Below are positions 52,683-64,000 of a DNA stretch of 64,000 nt, piece after piece. Source of the stretch: a bacterium (GTDB taxonomy: Bacteria; Hinthialibacterota; Hinthialibacteria; Hinthialibacterales; Hinthialibacteraceae); NCBI GenBank assembly GCA_963663405.2, contig CAXXSM010000110.1:32001-96000 (forward strand). The letters run 5' to 3'. The position numbers were made by a program, and so were the translations under genes. Numbering within the stretch: position 1 is the first letter of the stretch; each line of letters begins with the position of its first letter. The notes below the pieces were generated by a model. That model worked only from the letters and a program-made list of their open reading frames with translations. It did no database searches and was not told the origin of the DNA.

Positions 52683-53338
52683 AGTACTCTCTTTCAGCAT
52701 AAGTTGAGATTGAGTGAAAAACACGCAAACAAAATCGGTCCGCAAAGATCTAGTATTTCAATGTAGAAAACCAAATTCCGCGTAACCGATTCGATTCCAA
52801 GATAATAATGAACCTAAAGAACATATTACGCTAATGCATTATTGTTTTCCCCATAGTGACTTTCTTTAATATAACTTATATATCGTTTCAGACAATATCC
52901 TTCAGTGTTGGTTGTGTGAGTTGAATGATCCGGATTCCAAACTGAAGAAACTCGGTCGTCCAAGAATCCCTGCAACGATTCGTTATATGAGCGCTTAAAC
53001 CTTCCAAACCCTTGCCCACGAATACGGAAAATCTGAAGGTAGCAAACCATCCGCGGAACTCAAAACCACTGACTTGGCCTCTGTCGTATGCGAATAATTG
53101 GAAAACAATTCGAACAAACGACTGCTTTCTCCTGGATTCAGCGGTCTATTTAAATGGAATACACAGATGAGGAATATTAGATTTTGCATCGTGACCAATT
53201 TCAGTATATTCTCATTTTTCTTCTTCCATGATTGTTTCATGGAATTATATTTTGTTGTCCATGAAATTTCTTCTTAGGTCTTTGATGACAACGATTCTTC
53301 TAAATCTTCTTCCAATGATGTTATTGGACGATTCAAAT

Positions 53339-54948
53339 TCATCCATTCGTTTGCCCCATAAAATTTCGCAGTTCATTGGCAAAACCAAGGCCGGCTTCTG
53401 AGTAGATATTGAAAGTATGCTCCACACCAATTGCTTTCAGGGCATCTTCCTCATCTTGAAATTTACTCGTTGCGGCGATTTTTCCACGATATCCCATCTC
53501 TTTGAGTCGTAATGCTGAAAAAACATTGGCTTTGTGAACTGGTAAGGTCAGTAGAACCCATTCAAGGTCATCGATCAATTCGGGAGCGCGGATCCAGAAA
53601 TCTGGGTTGGTTGCATCTCCACAGACTACATTCCTGTCTGCGGCACTATGTCGCTCAGCCTTCACATGATCGATTTCCACTCCAACCAAGCTCCCCGGAT
53701 AATATGTTTCCATCGCATCATAGACTGCTGTGCCCATCCGTCCCATACCAAAAACCACCAACTTGATATGTTCAAGGTCCAAATTCTGTTCGCCGGATAA
53801 GCGTTTTGAACGCTCAAACCGCTTTAGTCTGGATCGCCATGTCTGATACAGCTCGTCCCGAATATTTACTGAGGCGCTGAAAGTATAAAGGAGATTGACA
53901 TCACGACAGCAAACACAGACAACCATTCATTTGTTAACCAGCCCGCAGAGACGGCTAGTGCACCAACGATCAGGCCGAATTCACTGTAATTCGCCAAGTT
54001 AAAAGATGTTCGCCATGATGTGTTAGACCTCAGATGGAAAAGGTTGAATAGACCAAAATACATAGCCACCTTGACAGGCAGAAACAGGATGAACAACAGT
54101 GCGATCAGTATTTCCATTATGCCCGGTACAGAGGCCATACCAACACTGAGAAAGAAGCCGACCAGGAATAGTTCTTTGAAACCAAGCAGGGCTTTTGCTA
54201 GTTCGTTTGCCTTGGGATGGTATGCGAGCAGCATACCAAATACGAGGGCTCCAACATCCTCCTTGATTCCGACCAATTCAAAGACATCAGCGCCGATTAA
54301 GGCAAGCACGATACCAAACAGAATCAGCAGTTCACCATGTCCTACCTTGTCAAAAATCCAATTCAAGAGATACCGAAGTGGTATTAATGCGACCAATCCT
54401 AAAACGAACAGATTCGGTAGTTTGCCTAGTGAGACAGCAATAAATACCACTGCTGCAATATCCTGAACGACCAATACACCGATTGCCGTCTTGCCGTCCC
54501 TTGCACTGGTGGTTCCCAGTTCATCGAGTATCTTCACCGCGAATACAGTGCTTGAGAACGTCATGGCGAAACCAATAAGCAGAGCAGTCTCGAATTCAAG
54601 ACCTGACAGCAAAGGCAGACTGGTAGTCGATAACAAGAGCACCATTGCGGCAATCAGAAGAGTGACTATTACAATATGCAAGGTTGCCACTCCCCACACC
54701 TCGGGCTTCACCAATGAATTCAACTTGAGTTTGAGTCCGATGGAAAAAAGCAAAAGGGTGATACCCAGGTCAGCCATCGCATTAAGAAACTCGCCACCCT
54801 GCACACCCAGTCCGTTAAGCATGAAACCAGCCATCAGGAAACCGACCATCGGTGGTAGACCCACTATCCTGAAAACTAGGCCACAGAGGAAGGCGATGGC
54901 TATCCATAGAGGATCACTGTATTGGATTGAGATTAGTTGTGGATCCAT
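53339..54948 (-). pseudogene. Kef-type (CPA2) cation:proton antiporter with TrkA-N domain, frameshifted at ~53870
   Basis: GLPPMVGFL, FSSTVFAVK, QDIAAV, SEFGLI; GMGRMG and GDAT in the second frame. Confidence 0.8.
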
Positions 54949-55148
54949 AGGCCTTCATCGAGATAATCAGTATGCTTTTACATGGCTAATGCGGCGTTGA
55001 GCGGCGCCCGAAGGGGATCCGTTCGAGCGCTTTAGTTCTCCCGAAACGTAACGAGGGAGCAAAGACACGAACCACGCAGCGCCTTGTTGGGCATTTGTTC
55101 CTATACCTTTTTCGGCTTTCTTGCATCTTACTCCGAGCAACAGTTGCC

Positions 55149-58100
55149 TTATTTTTGATCCAGCACCTCCCGCAATTTGACGGTTAGGTCTTCTATTAAG
55201 AATGGTTTCTGGATGAAATTTACGCCTTCGTCCAGGACGCCATGGTGGGCGATCACATTGGCGGTATAACCCGACATGAACAGGCACTTCACTCCTGGAT
55301 AGAGAGATAAAATGTTCTTGGCCAAGTCGCGGCCATTCATTTCGGGCATCACCACGTCAGTCATGAGTAACTGGATATCACCTTCATGTTCTATCGCAAG
55401 ACGAATGGCCTCGCCTGGCCTGGAAGCCCCCACAACGGTGTACCCTTGCTGCGCGAGCATCTTGGTGGTGATTTTCATGATCGATGGCTCGTCCTCCACC
55501 AGCAGGATCGTCTCGCGGCCTGGTTGACTCGGTTTGCCCGGTTCCTTATCCAGCAATGAAGCCGGTTTGGCATTGTAGCGCGGCAGGTATATTTTGAAAG
55601 TCGTACCCTGGCCAAGTTCGCTGTACACGTTGATGAGACCATTGTTTTGTTTCACCACGCCATAGACCGTGGCTAGGCCCAGGCCGGTACCTTTACCCAA
55701 TTCCTTGGTGGTAAAAAAGGGTTCAAATACTTGCGTCAGCGTTTCTGAATCCATGCCGCAGCCGTTGTCGCTCACGGCCAGCATGACGTACTCTCCGGGC
55801 GCAAATCCCGCATGAACCTTGCAGTAATCCTCGTTGAAAACGGCGTTTCCGGTTTCGATGGTCACTTTACCGACACCGGTGATTGCGTCCCGCGCGTTGA
55901 CGCACAGGTTGGCCAGAATTTGATCGATCTGGCCGGGATCGATCTTCACCGGCCACACCTTCCCACTCGGAATCCAGGCCATATCGATATCTTCACCGAT
56001 TAGACGCTGCAGCATCTTGAGCATGCCTGCTATGGTCTTGTCGAGGTCGATGACCTTGGGGGCCACGGTCTGTTTACGGGCAAAGGCCAGCAACTGCCGG
56101 GTTAGGTCGGCGGAGCGCTTTCCGGCTTGTTTGATTTCCATTAGATCGTCATAAAGCAGATGATCCGGTTCCATCTCCATCAGGATCAAATCCACATTGC
56201 CGATAATAATCCCCAGCATGTTGTTGAAGTCGTGGGCCACGCCGCCTGCCAGGCGGCCCACGGCTTCCATTTTCTGGGCCTGCTGAAGCTGGGTGTTAAG
56301 GCGTACACGCTCTTCCTCAGCCTGTTTCTGTTCGGTGATATCCGCCGATACTACGGTGATGAAATTAATAATGTTGTCATCTGTGAAAACCGGAATAATG
56401 GTGTGATGCAACCAGACGTGTTACCTTCCGCATCGCTTGCCTGTGACCGAAGTCCATGATCTTCCCTGATGCTTTAACTGTCGAAAGGGCGTCAACCATC
56501 TTCTCATAAGCCAATTTTGGGAAGAAATCGAACGGATATGGCTTTCCGTAATACTCGTTGGTAATCTCCAGTTTCAGCATCCGGAAACCATTGGCGCTCA
56601 TGTATTGGAGATTGAAATCGAGGTCTACGATCTTGTGACACACCGGCGAGTGATCGACCAAAGATCGATAGCGTTTCTCTATTTTTCGCAGGGCATCCTC
56701 AGCTTGCTTACTTTCGGTGATGTCGCGACAAGTACCAAAATACCCCAGCAAATCACCATTTTCATCAATAAGAGGCGTTGCATTCGTCTCGAAAATGACA
56801 GGATGTCCATCTTTATGAAGCAAGGTATCTTCCAAATGAAGAATCCTATCATACTTCTGCGCAACCTCTTGGAAGATGCTCCGGACACGATCGGCCTCTT
56901 CGTTATCCATTAAATCGAATGGGGTTCTGCCCAGTAATTCCACGTTGGTATATCCCAGTAGTTCATATGCATTCTCGCTTGCGTAGGTATACGTGCCATT
57001 GGCGCCGGTTTCCCAGATCCAATCAATTGTGTTTTCAATAAGCGCCCGGAATTTCCCCTCGCTTCTCCGCAGCGCCTCGGTAGTCTGGGCCAGTTTGATG
57101 TGGGCGTAGGACAGGCGGGAGATGACATTGATTAGGTTGCAGTAGAAGGTCATGAACCCGATCGATGGTTTCGCGGGACCAGCGTGGGATGGCATGGTAG
57201 GCCTTTAGGTATGCCTCCTCGTCGAATTTGTAGCGACGCGCCTGTTCGCGGAAAGTCGCGATGTCGGGCGTTTCATCCTCGATGAAGAACTGGCCGAGGA
57301 AGAGATTGCCCACGTGTTTCCCGCCAACCATTATCGGGGTCACCATGTCCCACAGGTTGTTCTTGCATTTGTAGATTTCAAAGGTTCCCAGCTCCACGCC
57401 GGATGTGAGTTTCGAGTCGCTCTCCCGGCAGAGTTTTTCCGTCTCGGGGTGAACCCGGTGGAATTTCGTGCAGACATCCTGCCAGCCGGTTCTGACAAGG
57501 ATGTTCCCATCCAGATCGAGGATGCCGATGCCGATATCGGTCAATGCATGGAAATCGTCCATCAGAGATTGAATCTCATCGCAATCCATTACGTCGGCGA
57601 GATTCAGCATCCCAAGATCGCCTTCTGGATCGAGAAGGGCGTTCAATTTGGTCCGCACTCTGTGTTCGCTTTCGCGCAGGGCGAGTTCAGCCTTCTTGCG
57701 TTCTGTAATGTCGCGTGCGATGGCGTAGGTTACACCTTTTTCCAGCAGCGGATGAGAGACCCAATCTAAAGTCAAATAAAATCCTTTTTTATGGCGGTAG
57801 CGATTTTCAAATTCAATTACGAATAGGCCTTTTTTGAGGTGAGTTTCAACAATTGTTTTCGTTTTATCAACATCTTCAGGGTGAATAAATTCTAAGAAAC
57901 TGCGTCCAACAAGTTCATGCTGTTCATAACCTAGTACACGCTTGAAAGAAGGATTAACGGTTAGGAATGAAGTTGTGTTGATATCCGCGATGCAAATCAA
58001 ATCTAGCGACATCTCGAAGATTTTACTAAAACGTTCTTCACTTTCTCGCAGAGCCTCCTCGACCGTCTTGTGCTCGGTGATGTCGATGTGTGAGCCGAGA

Positions 58101-59671
58101 ACGCGGTAAGGTTCACCGTTTTCGTCCGTCAAGACAGACGCCTGCGCCAGGATCCAGCGATACGAACCATCCTTATGCCGGAAGCGAAACTCAACCTTAT
58201 AGGCACTCGCCCTATCTCGGATATACTGCTTTATTCGTCCTAAAATTCTCGAAAGATCATCTGGATGCACACGGCTTTCCCACTCATCGAAGTTGTCACC
58301 GATCTCGTCCTCTTCGTAGCCGATCTGGCGTTTCCATTCAGCAGAATATCGGACGTTGTTAGTCTCGAGATCCCAATCCCAGAGCCCGACATTGCCAGCT
58401 TTCACGGCTTCCTGTTGCCGCAAAAGAGCTTCATTGAGAGCCTCTTCGGCCGCCTTGCGTTCGGTGATGTCGCGACCCACGCCCTGGAATTCAACAACTT
58501 CACCATGTTTATCGAAGATCCCCCGGTTTCTCCATTGGAGATATCTTGTCTCACCATTGGGAAGCCGAAACTGCTGTGTGCTCTCCAACACAGGGTTATC
58601 AACCGTGATCTGGTCCAAATTCTCGCGCACCTTGACCTGTTCTTCCGGACTTAGGAAGTCCATAAAACTGCTACCAATCAGTTCATCAACCGTCTTGCCT
58701 ATATACTGAGCCGAAAACTCGTTTACCCAGGTAAAGGTTCCGTCAATCTGGAACCGCGAGATTATCTCGGTCTGATCTTCGACAACGCCCCGGTAACGGG
58801 CCTCACTTTTACGAAGATTATCCTCCATCACCTTGCGTTCGGTGATGTCTTGTAAACTGCCAACCAACCGAGCAATCTCCCCATTTTCATCGGTTTGTGA
58901 TTGCCCTCTAGCAACGCAATACCGAATATCACCATCCGTTCGAATAATCCGTAGTTCTAATGCATATGGTGTACCCTCTGAAATGCAGAGTTGAACAGCA
59001 TTATCTAATCGTTGCATGTCCTCGGCGGCGTAGAAACTTGGGTGTTCGGCATACGAGGGAGCCCCCTCAGAAGGATCTCGTTGAAATATCCGAAACATCT
59101 CTTCGGACCAAAATACACTGTCTTTTTGAATATCCCATTCCCAACTTCCGATATGAGCAATGGCCTCAGTGCGTTTGTGCATTTCAAGGCTTTGTTTCAA
59201 GTAAATTTCATTCCGTTTATGCTGCGTAACATCTAATCCGGTACTGATAAAGAAATTCTTAAACGGAATACTAATCATGTGGAGAAATTGGTCTGTCGCT
59301 GGAAAATAAACCTCCCACTCGTGAGGTGTTCCTTCTTCGAATATCTTTTTAACAATGGGCATGAAGAGTTCTGTTGCATTTGAATCAGGGAATATTTCAT
59401 CTGTTGTTTTACCTATTATTGTTGATAGAGACTTGCCCCAAGATCGAAGGGCGCCAGGATTAGCGTCCACTAATTTCCAGGTCTTAATTGAACCGTGTTC
59501 ATCGTAGATGACTTCCCAAATATGGACTTCATGCAACATGTTCTCAAACAAATGCCGGTATGTCTCTTCCTCCATTAAAAGAGACTTTAGCAAGTCTTTC
59601 TGCTCGAAATCGGTTAATGCAAGTTCTCTTAGTTTGTTCTTGATCTCTTCACGGGTTGGTTTATCAGCCAT
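55149..59671 (-). pseudogene. Multi-PAS/PocR hybrid histidine kinase-receiver, split into three ORFs (frameshifts ~57155, ~56420)
   Basis: PAS repeats; PocR GWQDVCTKFHR..YKC; AHDFNN, GKGTGLGL, LLMTDVVMP. Confidence 0.85.
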
Positions 59672-59809
59672 CTCTATAACCTCATAACTCTTAAAAGACA
59701 TACAGGAGATACACAATATTCAACGTGTTTGTTTAGATTGTTGTATTTTAATTAAAAAAATACTATCCTTGATTTAATGTTAAGTATTCAACGTATTTTT
59801 GATCCTATC

Positions 59810-60400
59810 TCATCGAGTGAAGCTGGTTTGTTGAGAAAAGCGATCCCTTGTCCAAGAAGACATCGATATACTCGTCATGGGCCAAGCGGACCGCATACCG
59901 CTACGCCCGGCGTAGCCGCTGGAGAGGGGGCAATCATCGCACTCCGTCAACGGATCGGCGGTCACGATGACTCCCGGTGATGCAAGGGCCCTGCGTGCGC
60001 AGCGGGTGAGGTGTCCATCATGCAGCCGGGCAGCTATGAGCTCGAACAACCGCTTCTCGATTTGATGCAAAACTTTTGTAACTCTCCTGCCCTTCTTCCT
60101 GAAGGGCAATCCAGGCATTGCGATACCCCCGTGTCTCGATGAGGCAATCGCACACGTCCTATGAGCGAGAGCCGTACTATCCTGGGCGTTGAAGATAAGT
60201 TGGTTGACCTTACGAATGGCCAACAGCGTCTGCTTCAGGTGAGATTGCTGGGCTTCGGCCTTGGCCAAGCGTACCACAAAAGTCTCGTGTTCGCCCCATA
60301 TGATGTCCACTCGGCCCTCACGGATGGCCTTCAGCGCCGATTCCGCGGCCTCCAGACGCTGCTTCAACTCCCCGTATGACGGTGATTCCGAACTACTCAT
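59810..60400 (-). pseudogene. Decayed N-terminal part of a kai-associated sensor (coiled coil/GAF)
   Basis: ELKQRLEAAESALKAIREGRVD; no kinase domain follows. Confidence 0.55.
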
Positions 60401-61097
60401 GGCTGTCACCTTTGATAAATACGGCCTCTAGGGCCGATAAATCGCTCAAATCGTCGTAAATCAGCATTCCCGGCGCAGGTTCGATCACCTGGAAGGCGGG
60501 ATAGACGAAAATTCCCTGGTCCAGGGCCGTTTGCGGAATTTTGTCAACATCGATAACCTCCACCTCGAATTCAACGTGAGGAAGCGTCTTCCGCAGTCGC
60601 TGAAGGTTTTCCTGGGCCTTCCGTGAGTTGGGGGCGTCACCGCAGACAAAAAGCCGGGCCGCGCAACGGTGGATCGCAGGGGTTTGGGTTTTAATGCTAT
60701 TCGCATGGACCGCCTCCTTTCCGTCGATTTCGATGCCGTTGTCCGAGATCCGGAACTCGTGATTGCGGTTTGAATGGGCGCAGCCCCGTGATTTGAGAAC
60801 CTCCAGGTCCCGCACGAAGCGGCCCTGTTTTTCCACGTTGCGCAATACGATGACGCGCACACTCGGTTCCGGGCTGGGGTATCGATGGAAAGTGTATCCA
60901 TCATACATGGACATTTGGTCAACAGCGCCGTGATTGATCCAAATTTTTCCGGTAGGCCCAATGGAAATGGAACTTATCCATGACTCTCTCAAACCGTCTA
61001 AGGACGTATAGAAACGCCAATCGTCTCTTTCCTGCGCGAGATTGTTTTCCACGCCGGCCAGAAAAAGGAATAGTAAAATTGACACAAATTTCGACAT
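60393..61097 (-). pseudogene. Chimeric ORF: signal peptide/Reg_prop repeat + KaiC C-terminal tail + KaiB-like domain
   Basis: WRFYTSLDGL..GKIWI; LEVLKSRGCAHSN..EFRISDNGI; RLFVCGDAPNSRKA..EVIDV..P..DLS. Confidence 0.7.
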
Positions 61098-61425
61098 AGA
61101 ATTATTCCTATTGATTTATCTATAACAGCCCATTCAAAACGAGACATCGAAAAGGATAGCGCATTCAAAAGCAATTGATGTATCTCAAGATTCTGATGAA
61201 TACAACAGCCGGATCGACTGTGTACCTCGTTTATATGATCCATCTATATAAACGGCTACGGCATGTAATTGACACGGACATTCAATACACTGGGGTGTAC
61301 GAAAACGCCGATCGTGCAAACCGGCGCAACTTTTCATTTCAGATGGATCGTAGATCATCCTTCGATCGTGACTCGGCCATTCATTTCGGTCAGGATCCCA
61401 TCAGTTATGAAGAGATGTTATGTAT

Positions 61426-63999
61426 TCAAGATCCTTTATTGGGATTCAAAAATTCAAGTTTTTGCCGTAAATCGTTTATTTGATAGGGTTTTTGGATACA
61501 CCCGAGTAATCCTTTTCCAGCAAACCGTTCTTTGATTTCTTGGGAGGTATAGCCACTGGAAATAATCACTTTAACGTCTTTATCCATTTGACGTAATTCG
61601 CGAAAACACGTTTCTCCATCCATGTGAGGCATCGTATAATCGAGAATCACTGCGGCAATCGTATCGTGTTTTTCCTTATAACGTTCTACCGCTTCCCGGC
61701 CATCCGACGCGGTAATCACGTTGAAATTCAACGCTTCCAGCATTTTCCGGGCGACCGCGCGGACCGTTTCTTCGTCATCCACCAGTAATATCGTGCCGTG
61801 TCCCCGCCACGTTGTAAGTTTCTCTTCATTCTCTATATAAGGATCCTTGGTGTGGTCAATGATGGGGAAGAGTATTTTGATGGTAGTGCCTTGCCCTTCT
61901 TCACTGTATACACGAACGGCTCCTTTATGGCCCCGGACAATGCCTAATACCGCAGCCATCCCCAATCCTCTGCCGGTAAATTTTGTCGTGAAGAACGGAT
62001 CGAAGATTTTCTTTTTCACTTTTTCCGTCATTCCACAACCGGTATCCGCCACTTCGATATAGGTGTAAATCCCTTCACTCAAATTCTCTCCAAAATAAAA
62101 ATCTTCATATTGGTCTAAATAGTTGCGGCTGCATTCCATCGCGCCGGTAGTAATACAAATCACCCCACTTCGATCGCCGATCGCTTCCGAAGCGTTTGTG
62201 ATCAAGTTCATGATGATCTGACGAATTTGTGTGGCGTCCGCTTCGATCCGTGGAACCAAATCCCCGAAGTTATACCGAAGCACCGCTTTTTTAGAAATCG
62301 ACACTTCGAGAATATGGCTCATCTCTTTGACCACTTCAGAAATATTCAGTTCTTTTACAAGAAACTGTCCTTTGCCGGAATACGCGAGCATCTGGTTGCA
62401 CAGTTCGGCGGCCCGCCTGGAGGCGGTTATGATTTCTTGAATGTTTTCATGCGCGGGAGACACACTGGATAAGTTGTGCAGCGCCAAATCGGCGTTACCA
62501 AGGATCGCCATCAACAAATTGTTGAAGTCATGGGCGATTCCGCCGGCCAACACCCCCAAACTTTCCAATTTTTGAGCGTGTTGCATCTTGGCTTCCAGCT
62601 TTTGCCGCTCTTCCCGTTCGTATTTCTGCGCGGTTATTTCGGTAAGCGCGCCGACGATACCAACGGTTTTCCCCTCTTCGAGAACAGGCGCTTCCCGCAC
62701 TTCGACCCAGACGGACTTTCCGGATTTATGCCGAAGTTCCAATTCGTAAGGTTTTTGTGTTTCTCCAGTACGAATCGCTTGATTTGTAATTTCGATGCCG
62801 TTCACATTAATCGGATTATCTGTCAACAATTCAGTCCATTTGATTTTCGCTTCTTCCGGTTCGTAACCAAGAATCTGTTTGACTTGCGGACTAAGATACG
62901 TGATCTCATGATCGGTGTTGTGGCTATAAAACAAATTCGTGCTGTGATCGATTATATGTTTTATCTTGGTTTCCGATTCATGGATCTTTCGTTCAGCCAG
63001 AATCTGCTGGGTGACATCATTGAAGACAACGATCAGCTGACCGCCCGGCGTTTTTGTAATGTAGTTATCCACCCAGAGTGAGATCCGTTCGTCTTTATAT
63101 TCTTGAATAGGCAATCGTTCAGCTTGTTCTGTTTTCCAGACTCGTTGCAGAACTTTCTGTAGACCGATTTTCATTGCGCCGGGATAGACATCCGTTATGC
63201 GGCGGCCAATTTGTTCTTCCCGTTTTAATTCACCGATCCGAAGACCCGCTGGATTGATGTCTTTGATAACAAAATCTCTTCCATCATCAACCGCTTCATA
63301 AATAATGACTCCGCTTCCCATGTGGTCGAATAACTCACGGAATCGTTGTTCACTATTCCGCAGGGCGTCAAGATCGCGAGCCGACCGCAGGGATATCGCC
63401 GCTTGGCTCCCGAACGCGGCGGCCAAATTCGCATCCCGCTCGTCAAAGCCTCCCGATTTGTTGGCCAATCCCATTATTCCCACAGTTTTTCCTTCAAGAA
63501 TTAAGGGGGCGAACATAACGTTTTCCAAATCAACATGTCCCTCTGGCATGAATTTCGCCCATTCACTGCGCATGAAATCATTATCGTAAACCACCTGATT
63601 CAGCTGGTACGCTTCCGCTCTCAAACCGCGAATCGGCATAGGCAATTCTGGATCGACCGTGCATGGCAATCCACCATCCTCTAAAAAAAGCACTTCATTT
63701 TCTTTGCCATCTTCAGAGAGAAGCGCCACATAACCGGATTTGGCGCCGATCGCTTTGCAGCACGCGTCAAAAATCCCCCTGGCGGCTTGTTCGAAAGTCT
63801 GACATTCCAACGCGGATTTGGCGGAATCAAGCAAGGCGGAGATTTCATTTTCCCTTTGCTGGGAATCATTTAACGCCTGTTTCAATTCCGCCTCGATCTG
63901 TTTTTGCTCTGTAATATCCGTCAAGGTAATTAACAAGAGAGGAGATTCTTTGACACCTTGTTTTTGAATCGGAAATTCGCTGACCCGGCCAGTAATACT
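61426..63999 (-). CDS. GAF/PAS hybrid histidine kinase-response regulator (5' partial)
   Basis: AGGIAHDFNNL, NLITNA, FTTKFTGRGLG, LLVDDE..ILDYTMP; frame open to the window end. Confidence 0.92.
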   Translation of the reverse strand, partial: SITGRVSEFPIQKQGVKESPLLLITLTDITEQKQIEAELKQALNDSQQRENEISALLDSAKSALECQTFEQAARGIFDACCKAIGAKSGYVALLSEDGKENEVLFLEDGGLPCTVDPELPMPIRGLRAEAYQLNQVVYDNDFMRSEWAKFMPEGHVDLENVMFAPLILEGKTVGIMGLANKSGGFDERDANLAAAFGSQAAISLRSARDLDALRNSEQRFRELFDHMGSGVIIYEAVDDGRDFVIKDINPAGLRIGELKREEQIGRRITDVYPGAMKIGLQKVLQRVWKTEQAERLPIQEYKDERISLWVDNYITKTPGGQLIVVFNDVTQQILAERKIHESETKIKHIIDHSTNLFYSHNTDHEITYLSPQVKQILGYEPEEAKIKWTELLTDNPINVNGIEITNQAIRTGETQKPYELELRHKSGKSVWVEVREAPVLEEGKTVGIVGALTEITAQKYEREERQKLEAKMQHAQKLESLGVLAGGIAHDFNNLLMAILGNADLALHNLSSVSPAHENIQEIITASRRAAELCNQMLAYSGKGQFLVKELNISEVVKEMSHILEVSISKKAVLRYNFGDLVPRIEADATQIRQIIMNLITNASEAIGDRSGVICITTGAMECSRNYLDQYEDFYFGENLSEGIYTYIEVADTGCGMTEKVKKKIFDPFFTTKFTGRGLGMAAVLGIVRGHKGAVRVYSEEGQGTTIKILFPIIDHTKDPYIENEEKLTTWRGHGTILLVDDEETVRAVARKMLEALNFNVITASDGREAVERYKEKHDTIAAVILDYTMPHMDGETCFRELRQMDKDVKVIISSGYTSQEIKERFAGKGLLGCIQKPYQINDLRQKLEFLNPNKGS

Positions 64000-64000
64000 A

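Noticed and set aside
52826-53240. Short ORFs downstream of the antiporter
   Set aside because: No recognisable motif or consistent reading frame.
60393-60860. Functional circadian clock
   Set aside because: No kaiA, and only a KaiC tail remains.

Overview
Bacterial genomic window with four parts. (1) 1-16.4 kb: right part of an integrative element ending in a tyrosine integrase. Its left arm has bacterial SD sites and terminators and encodes an ArdC-like protein, a RAMA-like protein and a CobS/CobT-like MoxR-VWA pair. Its core looks archaeal: an Orc1/Cdc6 initiator beside an AT-rich region with inverted ORB-like boxes and a DnaA-box cloverleaf, a Zn-ribbon/ScpA-like operon, and BRE-TATA motifs mostly 22-24 nt upstream of start codons. 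(2) 16.6-40.5 kb: a glycoside hydrolase, then a light/oxidative-stress region with a C30 carotenoid operon lacking crtM, TspO, CIA30, an atypical CarH/LitR-like regulator, a P-type ATPase, Usp, a decayed IS66, and oxyR-katG. (3) 40.8-52.7 kb: secreted enzymes flanked by a ~530-bp dispersed repeat, then nested IS elements. (4) 53-64 kb: a frameshifted Kef antiporter, PAS/PocR/GAF hybrid kinases and a kaiC/kaiB scar. Several single-base frameshifts may be sequencing errors. All calls come from motifs read by eye; no searches were run.
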